In this document: positions 45,670-60,600 of the stretch, piece by piece
Position numbering within the stretch: the first letter of the stretch is position 1
Layout: each line of letters starts with the position of its first letter
DNA from: Pecten maximus
Taxonomy: Eukaryota
Assembly (NCBI RefSeq): GCF_902652985.1
Contig: NC_047031.1
Coordinates: 26,288,001-26,352,000, forward strand
Length of the DNA stretch: 64,000 bases
Direction of reading: 5' to 3'
Position numbers and translations under genes: made by a program
Notes under the pieces: generated by a model
What the model was told of the DNA's origin: nothing
The model's input: the letters and a program-made list of their open reading frames with translations, nothing else
Databases searched by the model: none

Positions 45670-48600
45670 ATGTCTACATTGCATCTTTCCCCTGAGTGGC
45701 AGTCGGACAATTCCCTGCTGATCTGCCTGAAACATCTGTTTGAAACAAAAATTGGCGCGGATGTGAGATTTTTTGTCGGAGAGAAACAGGACGTTGTGAT
45801 GGGGCATAGGAGTATCCTTGTATGTCGTAGTCCGGTTTTCTGTGACATACTGACGACACAGAAACCGGATCCTGTCCTTACCGAGTGGTCAATTAAAGTG
45901 ACCAATACTCCAAAGAATATCTTCAATATATTCCTTAGGTCAGTATTTTCTCAGTATGACGTCAATGACAAATAACCTTTTCTGAGGGCTTTGGGACCAA
46001 TGATAACGGACACATGACAATTTAATACAATTTCATATCATTAAGCAAAAGTCTACCATTTTGTGGTTTGAAAATTGAACTCCCCATTCACCAATTTTCA
46101 TCTTTATACAAGATGAAAATTCCCCATCTGAAATTGAAAGGAATAGGGCAAAACTTGCAGTAGATCTTAACTACTGTACAGAATTATCTTGGAAACACCT
46201 TTTTTCTTCCAATATTCTGGGCAGGTGTTTCCACTATCTTCATCTCCATCTGTGTGACTGGGCATTTGTTGGGTTGTGACGTCTGATGTTTTTCGCTATT
46301 GAGAAATATGTGATATTTTTATCAACTTTCCAATTCTTTGTAGTGAAAAATACATGTGACATCATAGACTCATTGTCAATGATCATTTTGTCTCGATTAG
46401 AAGTGAAATTGGACAGATTTTTTGCTTATCTTTTATGAAAGAATTAAGATGATAGAATTAAATTTGAATCATCGCTTTAATACCTTACTGCTTGTAGTTC
46501 AGTTACATTTAACATTATTAATTTTTAAAAATTTTTTTTTTATAATATATAGGCTTGCACTCCTGAAAGATCTGACAAGTTCTGGATCTGGATAATAAAA
46601 TCAGAATCTAATTAGGAATGTCTTCAACTGTTTTTATACAGGTACCTGTACACAGACAGTGTTTACCAGGAGATGACAGAACAAACTGCCAAGGCTTTGA
46701 TACGTCTGGCCCAGCAATACCGCGTCAACACGCTAGTTAGTTACTGCAGAGGAGTCTTAAACAGGAATATGTGTCAAGTACAGAAGGGCACATCAGAGTT
46801 TGAGGAAAGTACTTGTATATCTGAACAAAGTTCTGACAATACCAGCCATGTCTCGAAAGTGATAGACAGAAAACCCACAGCTATAGGCCGGGTAGTACAT
46901 TCTGTTTGTGATAACAGTATGTACTTAGTAAAAACTAGTGACAATACCAGGAATCATTCACAGACAGCCGAGGGAGTTAATTCACAGGAAGTCAGGACGA
47001 TATGTGTTTAAATAGTACAACTGAAAACCAAACACAGGACAATATCCCCGACATTGCGCCACAGATAAGCCACAGAAGTAAATTTTTCACTACAGATGCT
47101 GAAGATAATCAGACAATGCATGTTAAAGTGGAAATCCAAGATGGAGATTTTGGCAATAATGAGAATACTTCACACAGTTCTGTGTTAGAAAATTTTCAGG
47201 TCAGAAATCATGATGATGGTACTTCACAGAATGTTTTTTCAGAAAATCATGGTGTGGACAAAAGATACACTGGCAAAACTTTGCAGAATGTGAATAAAAG
47301 CCAAGCACAGTACATAAAGACAGAAATTGTGGATGAATCTTTAAGCCCTCCACAAGTCGGTGTTGTGATGGAAAACCTTGAGGATGGGAGTTACCAGTAC
47401 CCAGGAATAATCTCACATAATCTTACACAGCATATCAAGGAAGAATTCCCCGACGAGGAAACTATGGAAGTTGAAAATCACAATGAAAGAGATTATATTG
47501 TGAGTAATTCAGAGGAAATGGACATGATGAATGTACAGGATGCAGGAGGGGAGATAACTCATTCAGACAGAAATTATGCACAGAATGATGACGAAACTCT
47601 GAAGATGGAAATTCATGATGACAGAACTGATACAGACAATGATGAAACAGACATGGACAATGTTAGATGGCAGCCCGGTGATAAAGTACAAGTTGTGAGA
47701 GTCAGCAAAGATGTATTTCCGGCTGGGCAGTCTCCAAGTACAGGTAAATTATTAAAATTTAGTTTTTATCAATGTGTTAATCATTTGTTTCCTGTTGTAA
47801 TTTAATGTGTTTGCGTGCCTCACAAAGATTTACAAATCCTAGATCACAGGTTATGTACCCCTTCCCCCCACCAGGTATGTAAAATTTCCAATTTTGAATG
47901 CTAGATCCACAATATTTACAGTGTTTTTCCTGTCTATATATATATATATATTCCTAATGCATTTTAGCCGTAACTTTTAACCAAAAGATATCCAAAATTC
48001 CTAATTGTGTCCAGAAATTAATTTTTCAAAAAAAAAAAACATACTCCAATTGTGTTAGAGGATTCCCTTGATTACATGATCCTTTCTGACAACTGTAGTC
48101 TAATTGACCATGTTGGATTCATATACGTACACTGCATGCGCACCCAGTCAAATTTTTTGATTCGATCATTTTAAACTGCTAAATTATTTTTAAAAGATTT
48201 CCAGTGCTATATGTTATTACCTCTTTTTCAGGAATGCATCACTATTAATTTTATAAATCCACATAAATAGGCTGTATGTGCAATCAAAGACACAAAATCA
48301 TGATTATTTACATTTGCAGGCTTCATTCAGTAGCAATTCGGATTGAAAATGGCGGTGTGGTAAATGCAAAAATGGAATGTTAAGCAAAAACAAATGAAAA
48401 GCTCTTTCATTTAAACTTTATTTGTTTTGCATGGTACACACACATTCCTTATTTTTACCAACCATCATGTTCAAAATAGGTTACTGAAGCTGTGGAATGA
48501 TATATGGAGCAAAGTGTTTTGTTGCAAATTATTATTAACTTTGTGTGAATTAGTGACTGGACTGTTTAAATGGGATATATAATGTACCTAAACTGTTAGT

Positions 48601-51600
48601 ACACACCATTTTCATCAAGTTTATAGGGTTATAAAATTAAAATTTTGGGCGAATCGTGCAATGTCAAATAGGGTTCCGTTGCTAAAAGTCGGTTGGCGCT
48701 AGATCTAGAACAAAAAATAAAAGCCTGACACTTTCACCTAGCTGAAGTATATTGAAAAACACAGAAAAATATAAAATCCACATATTATATTTACCAAAAA
48801 ATAAAAACGATTAAAAGATTTTGATGTCTTTGTTTTGTGTATATAATATTAATGTTTTCTGCATTGAAGTGTGTTTATATTATAACCTTTTATCTTTTGA
48901 AAGTTAAAATGCTAAAAATGTTTATATAAGGCAATATATATATAACATCAGTAATATGCACGGGTAAGTGTTTCCTGGCGGTCCTACCAAAGAATTGATA
49001 TTCTGTTTGATTCAAATATCTCCTTGCTTTAATATTTTTGTTGATTTTCTATAGTGCTGTAGATATATTTTACGTGTTTTACCGTTCATTGACAGTTTGA
49101 GTCATTGTAGTGCTGTAAATGTGTACTGAGGTATATATTAACACTGTATCCAGACTTAATTTGTCCCCAGCTGGAACCTCTCCGTCCTTTCGTCCTTCTG
49201 TCCCTCTGCACTTTATCCTGCTGTATATATCTCCTATATAACTTGTCATGGCCTGGGATCTCCATACTTTGGACAGGAATTCAGTTATGTGGGGCAGTGT
49301 GTTGTGAACCACAGTTATGTGGGGCAGTGGGTTGTGAACCACAGTTATGTGGGGCATGCGCAGTGGGTTGTGTACAGTTATGTGGGGCAGTGGGTTGTGT
49401 ACAGTTATGTGGGACAGTGGGTTGTGAACCACAGTTATGTGGGGCAGTGGGTTGTGAACCACAGTTATGTGAGTCAGTGGGTTGTGAACCACAGTTATGT
49501 GGGGCAGTGGGTTGTGAACCACAGTTATGTGAGTCAGTGGGTTGTGAACCACAGTTATGTGAGTCAGTGGGTTGTGAACCACAGTTATGTGGGGCAGTGG
49601 GTTGTGAACCACAGTTATGTGGGGCAGTGGGTTGTGTACAGTTATGTGGGACAGTGGGTTGTGAACCACAGTTATGTGAGGCAGTGTGTTGTGATCCACA
49701 GTTATGTGGGGCAGTGGGTTGTGAACCACGGTTATGTGGGGCAGTGGGTTGTAAACCACGGTTATGTGGGGCAGTGTGTTGTGAACCACAGTTATGTGGG
49801 CCAGTGTGTTGTGAACCACAGTTATGTGGGGCAGTGTGAACCACAGTTATGTGGGGCAGTGGGTTGAAATTGTGAACCACAGTTATGTAGGGCAGTGGCC
49901 ATGGGTTGTGAACCACAGTTATGTAGGGCAGTGGGTTGTGAACCACGGTTATGTGGGGCAGTGGGTTGTGAACCACAGTTATGTGGGGCAGTGGGTTGTG
50001 AACCACGGTTATGTGGGGCAGTGGGTTGTGAACCACAGTTATGTGGGGCAGTGGGTTGTGAACCACAGTTATGTGGGGCAGTGGGTTGTGAACCACGGTT
50101 ATGTGGGGCAGTGGGTTGTGAACCACAGTTATGTGGGGCAGTGGGTTGTGAACCACAGTTATGTGGGGCAGTGTGAACCACAGTTATGTGGGGCAGTGGG
50201 TTGTGAACCACAGTTATGTGGGGCAGTGGGTTGTGAACCACAGTTATGTGGGGCAGTGGGTTGTGAACCACAGTTATGTGGGGCAGTGGGTTGTGAACCA
50301 CGGTTATGTGGGGCAGTGGGTTGTGAACCACAGTTATGTGGGGCAGTGGGTTGTGAACCACAGTTATGTGAGTCAGTGGGTTGTGAACCACAGTTATGTG
50401 GGGCAGTGTGTTGTGAACCACAGTTATGTGGGGCAGTGTGTTGTGAACCACAGTTATGTGGGCCAGTGTGTTGTGAACCACAGTTATGTGGGGCAGTGTG
50501 AACCACAGTTATGTGGGGCAGTGGGTTGAAATTGTGAACCACAGTTATGTAGGGCAGTGGCCATGGGTTGTGAACTACAGTTATGTAGGGCAGTGGGTTG
50601 TGAACCACGGTTATGTGGGGCAGTGGGTTGTGAACCACAGTTATGTGGGGCAGTGGGTTGTGAACCACGGTTATGTGGGGCAGTGGGTTGTGAACCACAG
50701 TTATGTGGGGCAGTGGGTTGTGAACCACAGTTATGTGGGGCAGTGGGTTGTGAACCACGGTTATGTGGGGCAGTGGGTTGTGAACCACAGTTATGTGGGG
50801 CAGTGGGTTGTGAACCACAGTTATGTGGGGCAGTGTGAACCACAGTTATGTGGGGCAGTGGGTTGTGAACCACAGTTATGTGGGGCAGTGGGTTGTGAAC
50901 CACAGTTATGTGGGGCAGTGGGTTGTGAACCACAGTTATGTGGGGCAGTGGGTTGTGAACCACAGTTATGTGGGGCAGTGGGTTGTGAACCACGGTTATG
51001 TGGGGCAGTGGGTTGTGAACCACAGTTATGTGGGGCAGTGGGTTGTGAACCACAGTTATGTGAGTCAGTGGGTTGTGAACCACAGTTATGTGGGGCAGTG
51101 TGTTGTGAACCACAGTTATGTGGGGCAGTGTGTTATGAACCACATTTATGTGGGGCAGTGTGTTGTGAACCACAGTTATAAATGTGGGGCAGTGGGTTGT
51201 GAACCATAAGTAGGTCACTTTTACTTACTTTTGACCTTTGATTTACGTATATACATCTAAGAAGAATGTATTGGATAATGTATAATGTGAATTCACTAGT
51301 ACTGCTGTTCCAAATAATGTATATATATGTGAATTCACTGCTGTTCCATTATGTATTTATACAACATGATGTTTTGAGGAGAGAGCGTCACTAAGATGGC
51401 ATTACATGCCCAATATAGTGGCCAATACTATAAACTTATGATGATATATATAGAGATCTGTTTAAACTGTAAATCATTTTGTCTTGGCTCCATTTCCAGC
51501 ACCAAATTTTCACTTGAACTTTAGGCTTGGTGTACAGTAATTATATACGACAGTACCAATATATATACCGGTAATGTAGGTCTCTCTGACCTACATTATG

Positions 51601-54600
51601 ACCTTTGACCTACAAATGTACATCCTTGACTTTTAATTTCCTATTCTGTACATACAGAGGATGTGTAAACTTGGCTGATTTGTTTCTCAAGTAAGACGAG
51701 ATGTCTGGTATTTTAGGTCATGTGACCAGAAGTGTAAAGTTATACTTGTACACATGTACATGATCATGAACTGGCCATTTGTCTGATGAAGGTGACAATG
51801 TTCGTACTGTATATATACGTATGTAAACATAAATGACTCATCAAGACAATTCGGTTGAATATCGCTAACGTTTTCAAGACGTGTATTGGCTATCTTCAGG
51901 CGATTACTTTTTAATGCTTAGTAACAACATTATGACGTAATACAATCAATAACATAATGGGGAGGTAATAATTACGTTACTGTATTTTAAGGTGTGACGA
52001 CACCAATTTTTAACCATTGAGTGCCGGTTTGCATATTTCGCTTTGTAGCATTACACTCGGGCATCTTGTGAAATGGATAAACACGGAATAATCCTTTTCT
52101 GTATATATATACGTAATGGTCATTGAAACGTCACACATAAGCATTCATTGGTTGTGTTACAAAAATCCTTACAAATTCATTCAAACAGCATGCGCAGTGA
52201 TCATGATTTGATTATGGAATATAGCCAATAATACTGAATTCATTGATTGTTCAGATGTACTCTAAATGTCTATCAATCTTCGTTTAATGAGTGCCATTTT
52301 ACATGTTCAACTTATATCATAACACAAGATTATAGAGAATAAGCCTGAAAGCAGAAAGACTTCCATGCTTGTCTTCCATCCCCCTCGAGCTCCCCACCCA
52401 ACCCCTATCACATCACATATATATGTGTTATATTTATATACCCTGCACCCAAAATAAAATATTGAGCTCTCACAAGTAAACGACATATATATATATCGTA
52501 GTAGATTAATGTTTGAGAGTGTAAGCTAGCTTTCTCTGCCATATAACATTATAAATGATATAATGGTGAAGATCAATTACATATAAATGATATAATGGTG
52601 AAGATCAATTACTTTTTTGTAGATCAGTGTGATATATCCATCCTTGGGTTGTGATTGGCCTGAATGCAATATTTATTATGAAGACACAAAACTTACAAAA
52701 TCCAGTCGGCTTTAATTTCAGAACACAACTTCCTTATCTGACAGCCTAAACAGGAATAGATTTGGAATTTTTGTTTAAGATGATCTTATCTCAATGCCTC
52801 TGTGTATAATCAAACTTTGTAGTTAGCTGGTGAAAAAAAAAAAAATCAGAAACAGCAATATTATTTCTGTGATCCCTGACAGTTTTAAATTTGATATAAT
52901 CTTGTAGCTGGAGCTACTGTCAAACATGGGAAATGCCACACCTTATTGATCTCATTCTATGACTGTCTATGTTTGAATCCGATACAACAACGTGATTTCT
53001 GTGATGACATCCATGCATGATTATGTATATGTTTATATACATTTTTGTCCTGTGTGTCAGTATGTATTCATTATCCATGCCTGGCACTTGTGGCTGTTTT
53101 GTCTGTGAATCAGTATATATATCATGGCTCCAATTTCGCTAACCAAGAGTGTTCTATACGATACTCTCCTTTTAAAAAAAGGGAAAATATCGTATTGAAC
53201 ATCCTTGGGTTGCGAAGTTGATATGGCTGATATGGCTCTGGTATCTTAGAATCTTCCTCCTGTTTGTGTGTCTAGGACCGGAACCCATGGACACGGACCA
53301 CCGACATCCTGAACACTACGGAGATGGTTCCTGGGCCGATATAAATTTAGACGAAAGTGAAGTTTTGTTTTATGTTGGTGCTATGGAAAACGACCCAAGT
53401 TACAGTCCGTCGCAGTCAGCAGAAGAAAACGATGACGATGTTCCATTTTACGTAGATGATGAGGAGGGAGACCCTAGTTATAGTCCATCTTCTTCTGAAG
53501 TTGAAAATGATGACGACAGTTCTTCTGATGGAGACGATGGTGATGACAATGATGATTATGATGATGACATGTCCTCTAATGAAGAAAATGATGATGATGC
53601 TGACGACAAGAAAATAAGGAAAAGTGAAAAGATGAAAAGTAAAAAATCCAATCATATGTCATCTGATGTGGCAAGTTTAAGTGGGGACAACTTGAAACCT
53701 GCTACAAGGAAGAAAATTTGTCCGCAAGACTGCACTTACGATGTTACCTATCCTGACATCTATACCAAAACGTATGTGTACAAAAAGAATCAAAATTCAA
53801 AGTTTGGACGGATGTATGACAAACTTCACGCATGCATTTTCTGTGAACGGTTGATAAGTAATATTCAAAGTCACTTGGGAAGAAGACACCGAACAGAAGA
53901 TGAAATTAAGGATATCCGTGATTTAAAGAGAAAAATAAAAAAGGCTGATGAGTCTAGTAAGAAAGGTCTCGAGCTCAAAAAGAAGTACCTGCAGAACCTG
54001 CTTCGTAATAGAGGAGACAATTTACATAATAAAAAAGTTTTGGCAGCAAAAGAAGGTGAAATATTGATAAAAAGGAGAAAACGTGATAATGCTTTTAATG
54101 TACAGGATTATGGTCCGTGTCCGGACTGTGAGGAATGGATCGTACTGGAGTATATCACGAAGCATCAAACATCTTGTCTTGGTATAAAGTCAAGGTTTAC
54201 GAATAAACATCAGACTATCTCTCAAAATATATCGGATCCTGTAGAAACATGTACGAGTAAAGGTCAAGGTGAAACTCCAAGTATAACAGAAACACATGAA
54301 ACAAGTACTGCGAGTATGCCAAAAGGTTCAGCAATAATTCAGTCACAAATAATGAAAGGAAAGATAGTCGGTGGATCAAGCAAGCTTAAAAAGGAAGTAT
54401 TTCCGTATATGCTGTCCGATGAAAGGACAGAAGCTGCAAAAGAAGATCGCCTGATCAAAACACTAGGTGAAGTTTGGCTTATGAAAAATATTGACGATAT
54501 CAATAAATCCCAGAGGATAAAATTGACTGGTTTCAGGATGCGTCTATCTGCAGGAATTCTACTGCGAGTTAGGAAAGAAACGGGCCTGGATGGGTCAATG

Positions 54601-57600
54601 AGTGATTTCTTGTGTCCACGCCATTTTGATAAAGTAGTGCAGTGTTCTCTTCAAGTCTGCAAAGATGAGGAACATGGAAAGCTAAAAAATCCCATCACGG
54701 CCATCAAACTGGGATATGATCTGAATCGGTTAGCAACAGCAAAGCTGGGATATGCCATCAAAGAAAGTAATGAAGATGAAAAACGAGAAGCCAGGGATGT
54801 CTTAAAACTGTTGCAGAGTGAATGGAGCTCTCAAGTTTCAAAACTAACGAGTGGCTCATCAGAAAGCAAGGATTTAAAGAAGAAAAATGAAATGCCAGAT
54901 GCAGAAGACATCAGAAAACTAGCATTGTATCTGGTTCTTCAGCTGAAGAACATTGATCTAGAAAACTTAAACCAAGACATGTTTAGGGAGGCCGTAGTTT
55001 TGACACAAGCACGGCTGATTCTTTATAACAGATGCCTTCCAGAGGAGCTGGAAAAACTCAGGTAAGTTATAGAAGAGAAACTCTGAAGTTTAGGGGAGTA
55101 TGTGGGTTAACAGTGATATTTAGGGGATTATGTGGGTTAACAGTGATATTTAGGGGATTATGTGGGTTAACTGTGATATTTAGGGGATTATATGGGTTAA
55201 CAGTGATATTTAGGGGATTATGTGGGTTAACAGTGATATTTAGGGGATTATGTGGGTTAACAGTGATATTTAGGGGATTATGTGGGTTAACAGTGATATT
55301 TAGGGGAGTATATAGGTTCAACTTAAAGGCAAATTTGCACCATAGTCATAAGGGTATACATTTTGTGTATCGGAATTAGGACGTTTTAGTTTTTGTACCA
55401 AATATTCAAATCTCACTGATCCTGCTTGATAAATCTCCACAATAAGAACAACTACACTTTTGTTTTGGACACATGGTCATTAAAGTAAAACAGTACAATA
55501 TATAGGGTCAAATTTCTGTCTTAGTTTGATGATGTTATGTACTGTGTAGATCAGCAGGAAACACAGGTGCCCTGGGTTTGGAACATATGTATACGAGTTT
55601 AGAAAAAAGAAAGTCCTGTGGCAATGAATGACTGTTTATTATAATTTCATATCAATTGTCAAAATTGTTGAAAGTATTTGGTGTTTTATGTTGACAGCTG
55701 AGAATTAAATTTTTTTTCAGTGTTGAAGACTATCATGGAAGACCTAACAGCAATGATACAAGTTTTTCTCTGCGACATTCGATGACCATGTTGGAGGAGC
55801 TGCTTCTGAATTCTCGAGGTTTAGCAGAAATAGGAGTCAATGTAAGTATTACAGTTTAATTTCTATAAATAGAGGTTACACGAGTGGTTGTTGGATATGG
55901 AATTTATTTCACACGAGTAAGTTATTTTTTAAAAGTTACAATAGACAAGAGCTTTAGCGAGTGTTTTTTGCAACTTTAAAAAAATAACTTACTCATGTGA
56001 ATAAATTCCATATCCAACAATTTCGAGTCGTGTGACCTGTTTCTACCACAATAATATCGGCTTGAATCAAAGGGAAATGTGGCCAAGTATAATTTCGTGT
56101 ATGCAAATAAAGTGTACCGGTGACGTCCGGGACCCGGTGATGTGACGTCATTAGATTATTGATGACGTCAATAACAATTGCAGCTTGGGTCAAAGTTCAC
56201 CGTGTTAGCCAATCAAAATGCGTACAGAGTTTATACCTCGTGTGGTATAAACTGATTGTTAATCAACAGCTGTAATGATTAACTGATGGTCTGAGAGTTG
56301 AATAACACAGGGTATTGTGGTAGAAAGTTTGATCACGCTCTGTATAACCTTGGTAAGATACTCACTTAATTCGTGCTGACTTGGCTAACAAGAATTTCTC
56401 TTTTATTTACAGACTGACCTCAGAGTAGCACTTGTTATCCCCGGTGAGGTGAAAGTGATTCTGGAGATGATGGCAGACAAAAAATGTAGAAAGAAAGCTG
56501 GCATCCAAGACAACAACAAATATATGTTCGCAAGCACAGGTATTTGTATTTCATATTCAAACATGTTTGTTCCCTGACTGGCCTGTGCTACAACATGCAA
56601 ATACATGTATTGTAACAGCATTGTGATGTCATCGATTAATGACGTCGTACATCTTGAGTTAATGAAAAACAACCTCGTAGTTTAAATAAGTCTTGTACCA
56701 AAATGTATGTTTTGATTATTTTCTCATAAATATGAATTTTGTGAAAAATAGAATATTACACGAGTGTAAATTGGTATTAATTAGACATCAGCAATTAAGA
56801 TGTCATTCATGTAGTGGTAAAGTTATATAGAAATGTTTGTATGCTTGTTTTCTCAATCTTAATTTCACAGTTCAGTTTCACATTGTGATCTTTAAATAGA
56901 ACTTTTTTCAAATTTTCCTAATGACCATAACTTCAAAACTGTATTTCATTCAATGCATTCTTAGTTTTGTGAGAAATAGAATATTACGCAAGTGTCATTT
57001 AGAATTTATTAAACTTAAAAGATAGTTTGACATGTCTCTCACCTAAAGGCATGTGACATATAATCCAATTATTACTAAACTGACAAATACAATACTGCTG
57101 TTGTAGTATTGTATTTATCAAAATATAATGTTTTTTTGGTCATTTATCGTAATTGGGCACTACTGGATAAATGTAGTATTGTATTTACTGAAGAATATAT
57201 TGGTAAAAGTCATCAAATGTTAACATTTCAAATGTAGTGTTATTGTCCATTAATTTCCACATACTTAGTAACTATCAGATAGTTTAAAAAGAAATATAAA
57301 ATACAAAACAAGCTGATACAGAAAAAGTTTGTTACTATCAGATAGTTAAAAAAAAAGATAAAATACAAAACTAGCTGATACAGAAAAAGTTTGTTACTAT
57401 CAGATAGTTAAAAAAGAAATATAAATAACAAAACTAGCTGATACAGAAAAAGTTTGTTACTATCAGATAGTTAAAAAAGTTAAAAAAGAAATATAAAATA
57501 CAAAACTAGCTGATACAGAAAAAGTTTGTTACTATCAGAAAGTTCAAAAAGAAATATAAAATACAAAACTAGCTGATACAGAAAAACTTTGTTACTATCA

Positions 57601-60600
57601 GATAGTTAAAAAAGAAATATTAAATACAAAACTAGCTGATACAGAAAAACTTTGTTACTATCAGATAGTTAAAAAAGAAATATAAAATACAAAACTAGCT
57701 GATACAGAAAAAGTTTGTTACTATCAGATAGTTAAAAAAGAAATATAAATACAAAACTAGCTGATACAGAAAAAGTTTGTTACTATCAGATAGTTAAATA
57801 AGAAATTAAAATACAAAACTAGCTGATACAGAAAAAGTTTGTTACTATCAGATAGTTAAATAAGAAATATAAAATACAAAACTAGTTGATACAGAAAAAC
57901 TTTGTTACACAAACTAGCTGATACAGAAAAAGTTTGGTAATATAAAGTGGAACATTTAACTTCAGGTGAAGCAGCTGTGAGTGCTAATGAATCTTTAGAG
58001 AATGTGAAACGGAGACCAGAGTTAGACTTGAAACATCCTGAATGTATCCATGGGAACAACTTCCGGAGACACACTGCTACAATTACACAGGTATTACTGT
58101 CATGATTCCTTACAACCACTTTCCTAATATGACCCTGGCTGTTGTTATTCCCTATAGACAACCGTCCTCATATGACCCTGGCTGTTGTTCCCTATAGACA
58201 ACCGTCCTCATATGACCCTGGCTGTTGTTCCCTATAGACAACCCTCCTCATATGACCCTGGCTGTTGTGTTTCCCTGAGACACCCGTCCTCATATGACCC
58301 TGGCTGTTGTGTTTCCCTGAGACACCCCTCCTCATATGACCCTGGCTGTTGTTCCCTATAGACAACCGTCCTCATATGACCCTGGCTGTTGTGTTTTCCT
58401 GAGACACCCCTCCTCATATGACCCTGGCTGTTGTTCCCTATAGACAACCCTCCTCATATGACCCTGGCTGTTGTGTTTCCCTGAGGCACCCGTCCTAATT
58501 AGTAATATGACCCTGGCTGTTGTTGTCCCCTATAGACACATGTCCTCATATGACCCTGGCTGTTATGTTTCCCTGGGACACCCCTCCTAATATGACCCTG
58601 GCTGTTGTGTTTCCCTGAGACACCCGTCCTCATATGACCCTGGCTGTTGTTGTCCCCTATACACACGTCCTCATATGACCCTGGCTGTTGTTACCCTGGG
58701 ACACCCCTCCTAATATGACCCTGGCTGTTGTGTTTCCCTGGGACACCCGTCCTCATATGACCCTGGCTGTTGTTGTTCCCTATACACACGTCCTCATATG
58801 ACCCTGGCTGTTGTTACCCTGGGACACCCCTCCTAATATGACCCTGGCTGTTGTGTTTCCCTGGGACACACGTCCTCATATGACCCTGGCTGTTATGTTT
58901 CCCTGAGACACCCGTCCTCATATGACCCTGGCTGTTGTTGTCCCCTATAGACACACGTCCTCATATGACCCTGGCTGTTGTTCCCTATAGACACCCGTCC
59001 TAATATGACCCTGGCTGTTGTTGTTCCCTATACACCCGTCCTAATATGACCCTGGCTGTTGTTCTCTATAGACACACGTCCTCATATGACCCTGGCTGTT
59101 GTTCCCTATAGACACACGTCCTAATATGACCCTGGCTGTTGTTGTTCCCTATAAACCCGTCCTAATATGACCCTGGCTGTTGTTGTTCCCTATACACCCG
59201 TCCTAATATGACCCTGGCTGTTGTTGTTCCCTATACACCCGTCCTAATATGACCCTGGCTGTTATGTTTCCCTGGGACACCCGTCCTCATATGACCCTGG
59301 CTGTTATGTTTCCCTGGGACACCCGTCCTCATATGACCCTGGCTGTTATGTTTCCCTGGGACACCCGTCCTCATATGACCCTGGCTGTTGTGTTTCCCTG
59401 GGACACCCCTCCTCATATGACCCTGGCTGTTGTTGTCCCCTATAGACACATGTCCTCATATGACCCTGGCTGTTGTGTTTCCCTGAGACACCCGTCCTAA
59501 TATGACCCTGGCTGTTATGTTTCCCTGGGACACCCCTCCTCATATGACCCTGGCTGTTGTTGTTCCCTATACACACGTCCTCATATGACCCTGGCTGTTG
59601 TTCCCTATAGACAACCCTCCTCATATGACCCTGGCTGTTGTGTTTCCCTGAGACACATGTCCTCATATGACCCTGGCTGTTATGTTTCCCTGGGACACCC
59701 GTCCTCATATGACCCTGGCTGTTGTGTTTCCCTGAGACACCCGTCCTCATATGACCCTGGCTGTTGTGTTTCCCTGAGACACCCGTCCTCATATGACCCT
59801 GGCTGTTGTTGTCCCCTATACACACGTCCTCATATGACCCTGGCTGTTGTTCCCTATAGACAACCCTCCTCATATGACCCTGGCTGTTGTGTTTCCCTGA
59901 GACACATGTCCTCATATGACCCTGGCTGTTATGTTTCCCTGGGACACCCGTCCTCATATGACCCTGGCTGTTGTGTTTCCCTGAGACACCCGTCCTCATA
60001 TGACCCTGGCTGTTGTGTTTCCCTGAGACACCCGTCCTCATATGACCCTGGCTGTTGTGTTTCCCTGAGACACCCGTCCTCATATGACCCTGGCTGTTAT
60101 GTTTCCCTGGGACACCCGTCCTCATATGACCCTGGCTGTTATGTTTCCCTGGGACACCCCTCCTCATATGACCCTGGCTGTTGCTGTCCCCTAGACACCT
60201 GTCCTCATATGACCCTGGCTGTTGTTGTCCCCTATACACCCCTCCTAATATGACCCTGGCTGTTATGTTTCCCTGGGACACCCGTCCTCATATGACCCTG
60301 GCTGTTGTGTTTCCCTGAGACACCCGTCCTCATATGACCCTGGCTGTTGTTGTCCCCTAGACACCTGTCCTCATATGACCCTGGCTGTTGTTGTCCCCTA
60401 TACACCCGTCCTCATATGACCCTGGCTGTTATGTTTCCCCGAGACACCCGTCCTCATATGACCCTGGCTGTTGTTGTCCCCTATACACCCGTCCTCATAT
60501 GACCCTGGCTGTTGTTGTCCCCTAGACACCTGTCCTCATATGACCCAGGCTATTGTTGTCCCCTAGACACCTGTCCTCATATGACCCTGGCTGTTGTTGT

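Noticed and set aside
49079-51218. Cys-rich and His/Pro-rich ORFs (CEPQLCGAVG, HNPLPHITVV repeats)
   Set aside because: By-products of a 30-bp tandem repeat open in several frames on both strands, inside an intron
53218-53275. Hydrophobic signal-peptide-like N-terminus of the 615-aa ORF
   Set aside because: This is intronic pyrimidine-rich sequence upstream of the acceptor at 53275
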